A program made the position numbers and the translations under genes. A stretch of 64,000 nt of DNA. Origin: Anthoceros angustus (taxonomy: Eukaryota > Plantae > Anthocerotophyta). The DNA lies in the NCBI GenBank assembly GCA_010909165.1, contig MU008166.1, forward strand, positions 868,001-932,000. Direction: 5' to 3'. The notes below the pieces were generated by a model. It worked only from the letters and a program-made list of their open reading frames with translations, was not told where the DNA came from and did not search any database. Positions 47,612-58,370 of this stretch are shown here, piece by piece (positions within the stretch are counted from its first letter, which is position 1; every line of letters starts with the position of its first letter).

Positions 47612-49144
47612 TTAGGCAGCCAGGGCAAACCCAACACGCTCCTTGCCGTAGTCGAAGATGGTGTGGTAGACACCCATGAACACATCTCCCAATATCCACA
47701 AGGGTCCACTGGGTGGAGGCACATCGAGCCCGATGAAGCCGCTGATGCACTGTGCGTCCTTGTCTTCCCCGATCTGCAGAATGTAGTCCTCGGGCCCCAG
47801 CACGAAACTCTTTCCAGCAATGGTGAAGGAGATCTGGGGCAGAGTGTGCACAACATCACAGCCCACCACCGACTCGCCAGCAGGGCTGGGGAGGTTGTCG
47901 CAGAGGTCATCCAGGTACTTCTCGATCTGGGCCTTGGTCTGGTTCTCCCTCAGCTGGTTTTGGGCCCAGATGACAGCCATCTCACAGACAGTGCATGCCA
48001 CATCACTCCCCACTCCCCCAAGGCTTTTTTGCTCCTCCTCCTCCTCCACCACGGTTTTGATCACAGGGTCGGAGACAGCAGCGTAGCACACCCCAATCTG
48101 CTTGCAAATCTTCCCGGAAGCCACTTGGGCGATGAGCAGGTCGATGATCACATCACTGTACTGTGACACCACCGTCTTGCAAGCCTGGCTCACCACTCCA
48201 GTGGCCCCGATGGCGTGGTTGATCTCCGCTACTATCCCCGTCGGCCCGGCCAGGAGAGAGGTTCCCGAGTCCACGATGGCCTGGCACCCGCCTGCGCAGA
48301 AGCCGGTGCTCTTACCTCCAATTAGCACATCGCCCATATCGATCTGCCAGTACCCTCGCTTGGTGACCGGGGTGTAGGTATGCTCTCCTACGAAGTGGGC
48401 ATCATCCACTCCACCCAACACCAGCTCTCCTCCGGCCTTGCCATTAGGGTCCCTGTTGAGCCAGAAGGAGAAGACTGGTTCTGGCACCAGGTTCTGGTCC
48501 ACGATGTTGTTCCACACAGGCACCACCCCGTCCACAGAGATCTCAGGAAACCCCAGCCCCAGGATTCCGTCGAACTTGGCTGCCAGGAAGGTGAGCCCGG
48601 GCTCCTTGGTGGCCTCGGCGAACACCTGCCCCTTCACCACGATGTCTCCCAGCGTCAGGTCGTCCTGGCTCAAGAAGCCGGACATGGAGCCAGTCCCGTA
48701 CTGAATTGCGAAGGACTTGCCGTTCGCCTTGTAGGTGCTGGACTTGCTGGAAGAATATCTGGAGTGGAAGTAGCAGGCCAGGGACAGATAGCACTTGGCC
48801 GAGGGCACCCACAGGTTGGAGCTCCCCGTGTCGAAGATGACGGTGAATTGCTGCGGCGGAGTCCCCAGCCCGATCTCGCCATAGTACTGCGCATCCAGGT
48901 AGTTGTTCAGGGCCACGTAGTCCGGGGACGAGCCCACCAACCCGTTCTCCGCCCCTTCCAGCCTCTGCCGCAAACCCTGCACCCTCTCCCTCACGCTCTT
49001 GATGGCCGTCTTGACGCCCTTCTCATCCAGCCGCTTCTTGTGCAAGCCCACCTTCACGGCTCCCTCCGCTCCCTCGTGCCACAGGCTGGACAAAAGCAAC
49101 ACACATGCCACCGCCCACCAAAGGCGCACCATAGCCGCGGCCAT
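47612..49144 (-). CDS. Phytepsin-type aspartic proteinase A1 with plant-specific saposin insert, single exon
   Basis: Signal peptide, DTGSSNLW and DSGTS catalytic motifs, PSI cysteines, WILGDVFMGVYHTIFD. Confidence 0.96.
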   Translation of the reverse strand: MAAAMVRLWWAVACVLLLSSLWHEGAEGAVKVGLHKKRLDEKGVKTAIKSVRERVQGLRQRLEGAENGLVGSSPDYVALNNYLDAQYYGEIGLGTPPQQFTVIFDTGSSNLWVPSAKCYLSLACYFHSRYSSSKSSTYKANGKSFAIQYGTGSMSGFLSQDDLTLGDIVVKGQVFAEATKEPGLTFLAAKFDGILGLGFPEISVDGVVPVWNNIVDQNLVPEPVFSFWLNRDPNGKAGGELVLGGVDDAHFVGEHTYTPVTKRGYWQIDMGDVLIGGKSTGFCAGGCQAIVDSGTSLLAGPTGIVAEINHAIGATGVVSQACKTVVSQYSDVIIDLLIAQVASGKICKQIGVCYAAVSDPVIKTVVEEEEEQKSLGGVGSDVACTVCEMAVIWAQNQLRENQTKAQIEKYLDDLCDNLPSPAGESVVGCDVVHTLPQISFTIAGKSFVLGPEDYILQIGEDKDAQCISGFIGLDVPPPSGPLWILGDVFMGVYHTIFDYGKERVGFALAA

Positions 49145-49472
49145 CCTGGAGTGTTGCTGCTGCAGACCCTCGTCCTCGCCCCTCCTCCCGTTCCTTCAAC
49201 GTTGTATGCTTTCTCCGTACTAACTCACCGCACCATCCTGAAGCAAAACCTTCCCACTTTCAGCCCAAATTGTTGTTGCACACACTCCCACACCCCAAAT
49301 ACTACCCACCACCACGATCACCCACAAACACAAGGTAACCGAAGTGCACAACCCACAAGCACAATTCACCCGCAGCAGCCGCTCAAGGATAAGGTAGACT
49401 CGCCCACCGGAGCTGTTCTTCCGAGAAACTGGTCCAGCACGCAACCGGCCTGCTGTGAATGGGAGACGTGGG

Positions 49473-49480
49473 TTTTATAG
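49473..49480 (-). promoter_or_regulatory. Putative TATA box of the aspartic protease, in a divergent promoter region shared with the ASC-1 gene
   Basis: CTATAAAA on the minus strand ~330 nt upstream of the ATG. Confidence 0.35.
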
Positions 49481-49705
49481 GCGAGTATGGCGTGTGGATT
49501 AGTGACACGGCGGCGAAGGCATGTCCTTTCTTGGCGTCGTCGACACCCCACCAACGGATATAGGTCTTAGATGCGTGTTAGGGGGCGGTGCTTCCAAATC
49601 CGGCAAATCAGCGGCCAAATTTAGAGCCGGGCTATGGTTGGCGAGCTTTTTTGACTGCCGGCGACACGAGTTTGCTGGAAAAGAGCAATGACGGGAGCAG
49701 ATGGA

Positions 49706-49787
49706 AAGGAAAGGGAAAGGGAAAGGGAAAGGGAAAGGGAAGGCACTGATTGAGGCCCTTGGGAAAGGGAAAGGACTGATTGAGGCC
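49706..49787. repeat. (GGGAAA)n microsatellite with a short duplicated flank
   Basis: Directly visible. Confidence 0.85.
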
Positions 49788-50442
49788 AGTTCACTTGCAA
49801 AAGCGGTGGAGCAGAGCCTGAGGTGCTTTCGAGACGCCTCGTGAATGTCACTGGGTGGTTGCAGCCCGGGGAGAAGTAGGAATCGGATGTTGGTGATGAG
49901 CATCTAGGGAATGCGGCTCTGCATTTGCGGCATTGCATGTTTCTTGTTGGGCTACGAGAGCAGCGTGCTGGTGGGCAGGGCAAGGCCCACCTTGATGCAG
50001 GACTGTGCTGAAGATGGGCCCACCATCGCTGTCTGTATGGTGGGTGGTGGAGCCGGGCCCACCGATGAACGAAAGAAGGCGCTGTCTGTTTGCCAGAGGA
50101 CACGGTTGTGAGAACCGTAGAAGAGTGCAGTTCACGCTCCAGGTTGTCGTAGTGTGGGGAAGTGGTTTGAACTGGAGGTTGATGAGTGGTGGGCGCTGGA
50201 GCAGCTAGGGCTGCGTCAGACTGTCCATTTGTCGGGGTTCGGGACGGGACCGAGGGGTGGGAAAGGTGAAGATTCTGCGGGGAAAGGGGAGGTGTGAGTG
50301 GGACGGGCCGGGAGTGGGGGCTGCGGGTTTCGCGGAGTTGTTTGAGGCGCTGTTGCTGGAAGGTTCAAGTTTCGGATCTCGGTCGATCGGGAGAAGGATC
50401 TGGGAGAGGGTTTAGATCTTGAGGTTTGGTGTACCGGAGGTG

Positions 50443-53206
50443 ATGGAGCTGTCAGAGACAGCGAGCTGGCTGCAGCAGGCACTTCTGGATCTTTGCTCCG
50501 ACTCGGCTTCGGGCCTGCAGCTGGAGCCGGATGTGGTGACATCGCTGGTGTCCTACTGCGAGCTGGCTTCTCCTGTTGATGCATCGGAGTATATCAGGGT
50601 GAGTTTGTGGGTCCTTGAGGATCTCAGGTGGAGTTGGGAGTTGGGTTGGTTGTTTCTGGAGTGTGACAGTTGGGTGCTGTGTTTCTGTGTGAGGCAGACT
50701 ATCGTTGGGGACAAGCGGAGCAAGGACATTGTAGCAGAGTATTTACGGCGAAGAGGAGGAGGTAGTGACAAGGCGGAAAGTGTAGAGGGGGCAGTGCGGC
50801 CGAAGAAGGGTGTAGACGAATTTTATGCTGTCAGCAGCAAAAAAGGCAGCAAGAATGGGAGCAGACAGAGGAGTGTAGGTTCAGAAGGACAGGTGTCCGG
50901 TAAGGATCGGGGACCTTCTGTAGTGTCTGGAGTGGCCTCATTCATCAAAACAGGGGTGGCGAAGACCAGAGCAGTGACCTCAAAGGCAAAGAAAGGAGGC
51001 AAGTCAGTCTCGCTCTCAGAGGCAGCAGACGGCTCAGTAGTTTTCCGTGGTGGTCAGCCTTGCAATTGCCAAGCTAGCAGGCATGGGCTTGTAAATAATT
51101 GTCTGTCTTGTGGAAAAATTGTGTGTGAGCAGGAGGGTGAAGGACCCTGCAACTTTTGTGGGGCTCTGGTACTGCGGGAAGGCAGTGAGTATGCTGGTTT
51201 GGAAGGTGTTATCTCAGTCGCTTCCACAGACTCGGAAGCTGCTGCCATTAAGTTCAAAAATAGGCTTGTTGAGTATGGGAGGAACTCTGCCCCTCGCACA
51301 GCTGTGATTGATGATCAGACAGACTACTATCAGATGCAAGGGGATGCTTGGTTGTCTGCAAAGGTTTGTCTCTCATTCTAGTTGTCAAGTTGATCACTTG
51401 TGTGGGTTGGTTGTCTTAGAAATAGCAGTCGTCTGTCTCTTCTGACCAGGTTTGCTGTTCTTTGGTTCTTCAGGAAAAGGAGGAGCTCCGGAAGAAGCAG
51501 GAGGAAAACGAGGCGTTGGAAGAGGAACGTCGAAAGAGAGTTGTCGTGACTGTAGATCTACTTGGTCGCAAGGTTTGTGTGCAACTGTATCCTCCTCTGG
51601 TGCTCTGAGCAATCGTTTGTGTGGAGTGATCCCAATTCTTGTTGCCACAGGTGGTTTTGGCTGCTTCGGAAGTTGGAAACCAGAATGGGGAGAGAGGTGT
51701 ATCTATACTCACAGGTGGGGCAGGAGGAGTGGATGGAAGGAATGCAATCCGGATCAGACCTAATCCCTCCCTACAGGAGCAGCCTACTTTTGTTGGTACT
51801 AAGTCACATCAAGGGCGGAGGTCGAAGACCTCTGTTTTTGTTCCCAACACTGGCCGGGTCCAGCATGAGGATCCTTTTCTCAATTCAGTTTTCAGTTTGC
51901 ATGAGAAAGATACCACTGTAAAGGTTGTTGAAGGAAATTGGTGGAACCAAAACCGCAATGGAGTTGACTATCCACCTAGACTGCCAAAGGTATCAGAAAG
52001 GTCTGAAAGACGAGGGGATGAAGATGAAGCTTGCAATATGGAGAGACTGGAGAGCAGAAATGGGGGAGCTACTGCTTCGGTTTCAGGGGCCAGCGAAAGC
52101 AAAAACCCAAATAAGACCGGCAAAGGCAACAAGGAGGCTGATGGCCGGCCTCAACATTTCAGGAGTAAATCTTCTATGGATAACTCGGCTTCTGCACCGT
52201 CGTTTGATATATGCCCACCCCTTATTGAGGGCTCTGATGGAAGAGGGTGGCCTTTAAAATTGGCTGCCTCATTGCTGGATGTGAAGAGGGCCGAGAGGCA
52301 GGAAAGCCTGGGCAGAAGCATCCCGCAGGTGGAGTCTGTGCACCACTTGTCTCCCGGCATTGCCTTCTTGAGAAGTTGGCTAACGATTGGCGAGCAGGTG
52401 AGGCTGGGTGTTCCGTGGCAGGCTGTCATTGCAAGCGCTCTAGCTCCTGTTGCTGTGTGCATATGTGTAATTATGTTCTATTTGTGGCAGGTGGAGATTG
52501 TGAATGAATGCCGCAAGCTTGGGCTTGGTCCTGGAGGCTTCTACACCCCATCCTATGCTGACGGCAAAAGCTTGCACTTGAGAATGATGTGCCTTGGGAA
52601 GCACTGGGAACCCAACACAAATGCCTATGAAGTCAGACGCTCTTATCACGACAACGCAGAGCCACCTCCAATTCCGGCAATTTTTCTGAAGCTGGTAGAT
52701 AAAGCCCTTTCTGCAGCGAAGGCTAAGAATCAAGAGGTTGGAGGAAAAAAGAAGGCCCGAGACAAAGACATCACATTTCCAAGGATGGTTCCAAATATCT
52801 GTGTCGTGAACTTCTATGAGCAGACTGGCAATTTGGGAATGCATCAGGTGAATCCATGTTACCAATTGAAGGCTCTGCTTCCATCTTGTTGTCAGGATCT
52901 GTGCAGCTGAACGAGTGTTGTATTTTGCAGGATAAGGCAGAAAGCCCGGAAACCTTGAAGAGGGGCTCTCCTGTGGTTTCCTTCTCGATTGGAGACTCAG
53001 CTGAGTTTTGCTTCGGAAAAGACAGGGACTTGGAGAACGCTGAGAAGGTGGTACTAGAGTCTGGAGATATTTTCATCTTTGGGGGCCCTGCAAGAATGAT
53101 CTTCCACAGTATTACCAGGGTGCACCCCAAGTCAGCACCTGCTGCCCTTGTTGAGAAAGCAAACTTACGGCCTGGTCGTTTAAATCTTACATTTCGTGAG
53201 TTTTAA
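50443..53206 (+). CDS. ASC-1/TRIP4 (zf-C2HC5) - ALKBH1-like 2OG-Fe(II) dioxygenase fusion. Exons 50443-50598, 50698-51363, 51474-51572, 51651-52397, 52491-52847, 52931-53206
   Basis: ASC-1 part: CNCQASRH..NCLSCGKIVCEQEGEGPCNFCG, RLVEY..RTAVIDDQTDYY, VTVDLLGRK, RIRPNP, TGRVQH. The same ORF continues into FDIC, LSPG, LGLGPGGFY, MMCLG, PNICVVNFY, HQ|D, FHS, RLNLTFR. Confidence 0.85.
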
Positions 53207-53301
53207 GGCTTGCGACGTGAGTCTTAAGGCTTGCGAAATTTTGTTGCCTCAGATAATCTTATAAATGTACGTGTCGTCGTTCGTACCTTCTTGCTTGGGA
53301 G

Positions 53302-56300
53302 GGGAGCTTGGATGCGTGCGACTACAATGGCGCTTCGGGCTTCTCTTCTTTTCTCTGGCATTGCCCTATGGTAAAAGAAGCGCTCTTCAAGATTTAAGGA
53401 TGTCGCTCCAATGAGAACTGTTTCACAGAGCTGTCACAGCATTTCACATTCCCCTGACCACGAGGGTCGGATACACCTGGCCACAGACTACTTTAACACA
53501 CACAATGCTTAGGCTGTGATGGCTATCCAAAGTACAAGACTGATAACTAGTATGCTGAAGGAACCGTTGGCATAACTGCCCTTCGTGATGAGCATCCCTG
53601 CTGTTTTGCACTCAAGGAAGGGTTTAGGGAATGTGTGAGCTAGCCCATAGCCTCCTGCAATCACCTGCTCAAGGCTGTGATATCGCCAATGGATCATGGA
53701 ATACAGGTGAGAAACATTGAGCCGTTTGCTCCATGGGAGAATGAGAATCTTCTCATAGCCAGGAAGGGGAGGTAAGTAGAGAATGTGAGGAAGTCGAACA
53801 CACAGCTCCCTGTCTGACCCATTCCTTTATTAGATTCGCAATTTCTGATATGACAATGCCCAAACCAACGAAGCAGGCCCAGAGCGCTCTTTTGAAAATG
53901 AAAAGGGCCACAGACCCACCCACGCCTGTGCGAGCAGATATCCAAGCGCGTCATCTTCCTGATACCTCACATGAACAACCCCCGGACACAGCCCGGTTGC
54001 AGCTCCGCGATTTCGCGACAGACATCTTACGATGTCTACACTTGTATGTGAACGATTCCCAATCCACCCGCCAGAACGCTGACAGCTTCCGTAAATGAGA
54101 AATCGTCGTCCTGGAAACAGAGAACAACAGTGGTTACGAAGATCCCAAGTCCAAGACCTCGTTAGCTGAGAGGCATCAGCTTTCAGCACCACAAGCTGGA
54201 GGAATCCGCCAGGCAGGGTGCACAGCTATGAACACCTGAACGTGCCTCTACGGAATCCCCACCCAAATATCCCAGATTACCTCACCAGGACAAAATTTGG
54301 TCTGCAGATTCTCTCACATCCATTGTCGACAAAACAGTTTGCCTCCGCAAGAGCTGCAGCGCAAATGCTTCAACAAAGGACGGGACATTCAATGCACCTA
54401 GATTCCAACATCTTCTCGATACACGCGCCTTGCGCATACATTCAGCAGCAAGTCAGCCTCCGTGATGACACTGCTCCCGGTCTCCTTACCGTGTCACAGC
54501 ACTTACGGTTCGATTCACAGACTTAAACAGTCCAGTTTCGGTCCCTGGGCAGACATCACAATGCCAAATTCCCCGTATGTAAAGAGATCCTCGCAAATCA
54601 GAGAAGAAACCCTCAGGAGTGGGCTCTAGATGAGTCCAGAATCTTCACCTTCACCTACTTTCGGCATCACGCACGTACATAATCTGATATTGGTTTTGAC
54701 CATGCCTTGATCGATACGTCTATTCCTTTTCCTGTTCCTTGTTCTTGTCACACCGTGACCAAAGAATGACTAGATGGTTTCAAGGAAATACATCAACATG
54801 GTAGATTGACAACGGACATATCGATCGGCCTTCCTCGTCGGGTGAATCAAGGTGAATCATCAACCCTGCCGGTGTACTGCTAGACTGTGCTGCACGCTGC
54901 AAGTTCATGGCAGCACGGTTTCCCAGGCAGCACGGTTTCCCAGGCAACACAACTTCTAATACTTAAACTTTGCCAGGAACATCCTGTATAGGACATAGTC
55001 ACTTAAGCCACCGGCCATCACTCAGAAATCCTCGGCAAACCTGTACTCCTGCAGCCAGGGACATTACAGGGCGAGGTAACATGTAGTGTGGCCCCCTGCA
55101 GGCTGCAGGAGGAGCGTGACATAATTTTAGGTATGGAATGGGTCGAGGATAGGTATCAGGAACTCCCAGATGAGATGGAGGAGGAGGGAGCTTGGATGCG
55201 TGCGACTACAATGGCGCTTCGGGCTTCTTCTTTCTCTGGCATTGCCCTATGGTAAAAGAAGCGCTCTTCAAGATTTAAGGATGTCGCTCCAATGAGAACT
55301 GTTTCACAGAGCTGTCACAGCATTTCACATTCCCCTGACCACGAGGGTCGGATACACCTGGCCACAGACTACTTTAACACACACAATGCTTAGGCTGTGA
55401 TGGCTATCCAAAGTACAAGACTGATAACTAGTATGCTGAAGGAACCGTTGGCATAACTGCCCTTCGTGATGAGCATCCCTGCTGTTTTGCACTCAAGGAA
55501 GGGTTTAGGGAATGTGTGAGCTAGCCCATAGCCTCCTGCAATCACCTGCTCAAGGCTGTGATATCGCCAATGGATCATGGAATACAGGTGAGAAACATTG
55601 AGCCGTTTGCTCCATGGGAGAATGAGAATCTTCTCATAGCCAGGAAGGGGAGGTAAGTAGAGAATGTGAGGAAGTCGAACACACAGCTCCCTGTCTGACC
55701 CATTCCTTTATTAGATTCGCAATTTCTGATATGACAATGCCCAAACCAACGAAGCAGGCCCAGAGCGCTCTTTTGAAAATGAAAAAGGGCCACAGACCCA
55801 CCCACGCCTGTGCGAGCAGATATCCAAGCGCGTCATCTTCCTGATACCTCACATGAACAACCCCCGGACACAGCCCGGTTGCAGCTCCGCGATTTCGCGA
55901 CAGACATCTTACGATGTCTACACTTGTATGTGAACGATTCCCAATCCACCCGCCAGAACGCTGACAGCTTCCGTAAATGAGAAATCGTCGTCCTGGAAAC
56001 AGAGAACAACAGTGGTTACGAAGATCCCAAGTCCAAGACCTCGTTAGCTGAGAGGCATCAGCCAGCACCACAAGCTGGAGGAATCCGCCAGGCAGGGTGC
56101 ACAGCTATGAACACCTGAACGTGCCTCTACGGAATCCACCCAAATATCCCAGATTACCTCACCAGGACAAAATTTGGTCTGCAGATTCTCTCACATCCAT
56201 TGTCGACAAAACAGTTTGCCTCCGCAAAAGCTGCAGCGCAAATGCTTCAACAAAGGACGGGACATTCAATGCACCTAGATTCCAACATCTTCTCGATACA

Positions 56301-57074
56301 CGCGCCTTGCGCATACATTCAGCAGCAAGTCAGCCTCCGTGATGACACTGCTCCCGGTCTCCTTACCGTGTCACAGCACTTACGGTTCGATTCACAGACT
56401 TAAACAGTCCAGTTTCGGTCCCTGGGCAGACATCACAATGCCAAATTCCCCGTATGTAAAGAGATCCTCGCAAATCAGAGAAGAAACCCCTCAGGAGTGG
56501 GCTCTAGATGAGTCCAGAATCTTCACCTTCACCTACTTTCGGCATCACGCACGTACATAATCTGATATTGGTTTTGACCATGCCTTGATCGATACGTCTA
56601 TTCCTTTTCCTGTTCCCCTTGTTCTTGTCACACCGTGACCAAAGAATGACTAGATGGTTTCCAAGGAAATACATCAACATGGTAGATTGACAACGGACAT
56701 ATCGATCGGCCTTCCTCGTCGGGTGAATCAAGGTGAATCATCAACCCTGCCGGTGTACTGCTAGACTGTGCTGCACGCTGCAAGTTCATGGCAGCACGGT
56801 TTCCCAGGCAGCACGGTTTCCCAGGCAACACAACTTCTAATACTTAAACTTTGCCAGGAACATCCTGTATAGGACATAGTCACTTAAGCCACCGGCCATC
56901 ACTCAGAAATCCTCGGCAAACCTGTACTCCTGCAGCCAGGGACATTACAGGGCGAGGTAACATGTAGTGTGGCCCCCCTGCAGGCTGCAGGAGGAGCGTG
57001 ACATAATTTTAGGTATGGAATGGGTCGAGGATAGGTATCAGGAACTCCCAGATGAGATGGAGGAGGAGGGAGCT
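53302..57074. repeat. Near-identical tandem duplication of ~1.88 kb (53302-55185, 55186-57074)
   Basis: Identical small ORFs in both copies. GGGAGCT occurs at the start, junction and end. Confidence 0.95.
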
Positions 57075-58249
57075 GCTTGTGCGCAAAGCTACATCACATA
57101 CAGTTCGATGAAGCCAGGGACGAAGCCCTGGGAAAGCTGCGCATACAGTTGCTGTGGGTAAGCCAGAGGCTGGAATCCATCCGAAAATACGTCGCTTGCT
57201 AACTGTGTTTGGACATGTAGCGGCCCGTCCGATGCCCATGGCTAATAGTAAATCAAGATTGGTAGGGCAACGAGCGCGACGAAGATCAATCTGCAGCAAC
57301 CAGCAAATGCATGGTACACTTTTGTTACTGCTCCGTGTCCAGCATTCCGGTGGATTGCAGGTGATGCAGTATTTGGGGACCAGAATTCTCACGCCCACAC
57401 AACTTTTTGCAGCTCTGCACTCCTACCATTTGTCAGTTTGCTCTGTTGGTGTTCCAGGAGGGACGTGGAACACTCGTGACCCGACAGCGGGGGTTCGAGT
57501 TCCAGATCGCAGAGGCCGGATGCGGTTGAATCAACGCACAAGGTCATGAGGATGTTTGGTGAAACAAACTCGAAAGGCTCGAGTTTTTTCTGTCGGTGTC
57601 TGTAGCTTGTGAAAGTTCTCCATGCGCTGTCGGCTGGGAAGACATCACTGTCAGCCGCGTAGTTGAGAAAGTTGCAGTCACACCACGCCGTGTCCGCCGC
57701 TGCCAGTTTGCCTAAAAGCTGCGTGAAGCAACCCGCTTGGCGTGGCTGCAACACTGCCAACCAGACACCCTTGTATTCAAAATAATATAAACATTGAAAA
57801 TATATATTGTATATTAGAGGGTTGCAGTCACCTGCTTGAGAAACAACGCTTTTCAAACCGTCCTCCTCCATCCCCATACCCAAGTCCACAAGCGCTTGTT
57901 TTCGCTCTTGTTATGGGAAAGAGGTGCAAGTTGCTACTCTGGCTCCTCCATGGATATGTGGATTCGCCCCTGGATATGTGGATTCAGATGGCATCAGTAT
58001 CTTTCACAATTACGGTGTGATTATGCCTGGGCTTGGTGCAGCCACCAGCTTCTTCACTCCAAACCCGAGAGTGCATGTCTGCCCTTGATGATCTCCTTCA
58101 CTCCTAATCCAGGAGTGCAGTTTTGCCCTTATGTGCGATACATGTTGTTGATTGATTTTAGAGATGCGATACATGTTGTTGATTGATTTTAGAGAGAGCG
58201 TGAATATCTACTTAGAGATGAGAAGCTCAGGGCTAACTTGTACCTCGTC

Positions 58250-58370
58250 ACTTTGTCCATGGCGACTAGGTCTTGATGGAGGATGTGGTGGTTTCTGATG
58301 TATCGAGACACCATCTTTGCTAGGGTCATCACTAATTATGTGGTGGTCACGGATCCTACAGGAGACCCCA
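58250..58370 (+). mobile_element. Short decayed fragment(s) of the same CRE-like RLE element
   Basis: GGATGTGGTGGTTTCTGA...GACACCATCT and TGTGGTGGTCACGGATCC resemble 42736-42772 and 23770-23790. Confidence 0.45.

Noticed and set aside
48380-49480. 366 aa antisense ORF over the aspartic protease
   Set aside because: Shadow of a high-GC3 CDS.
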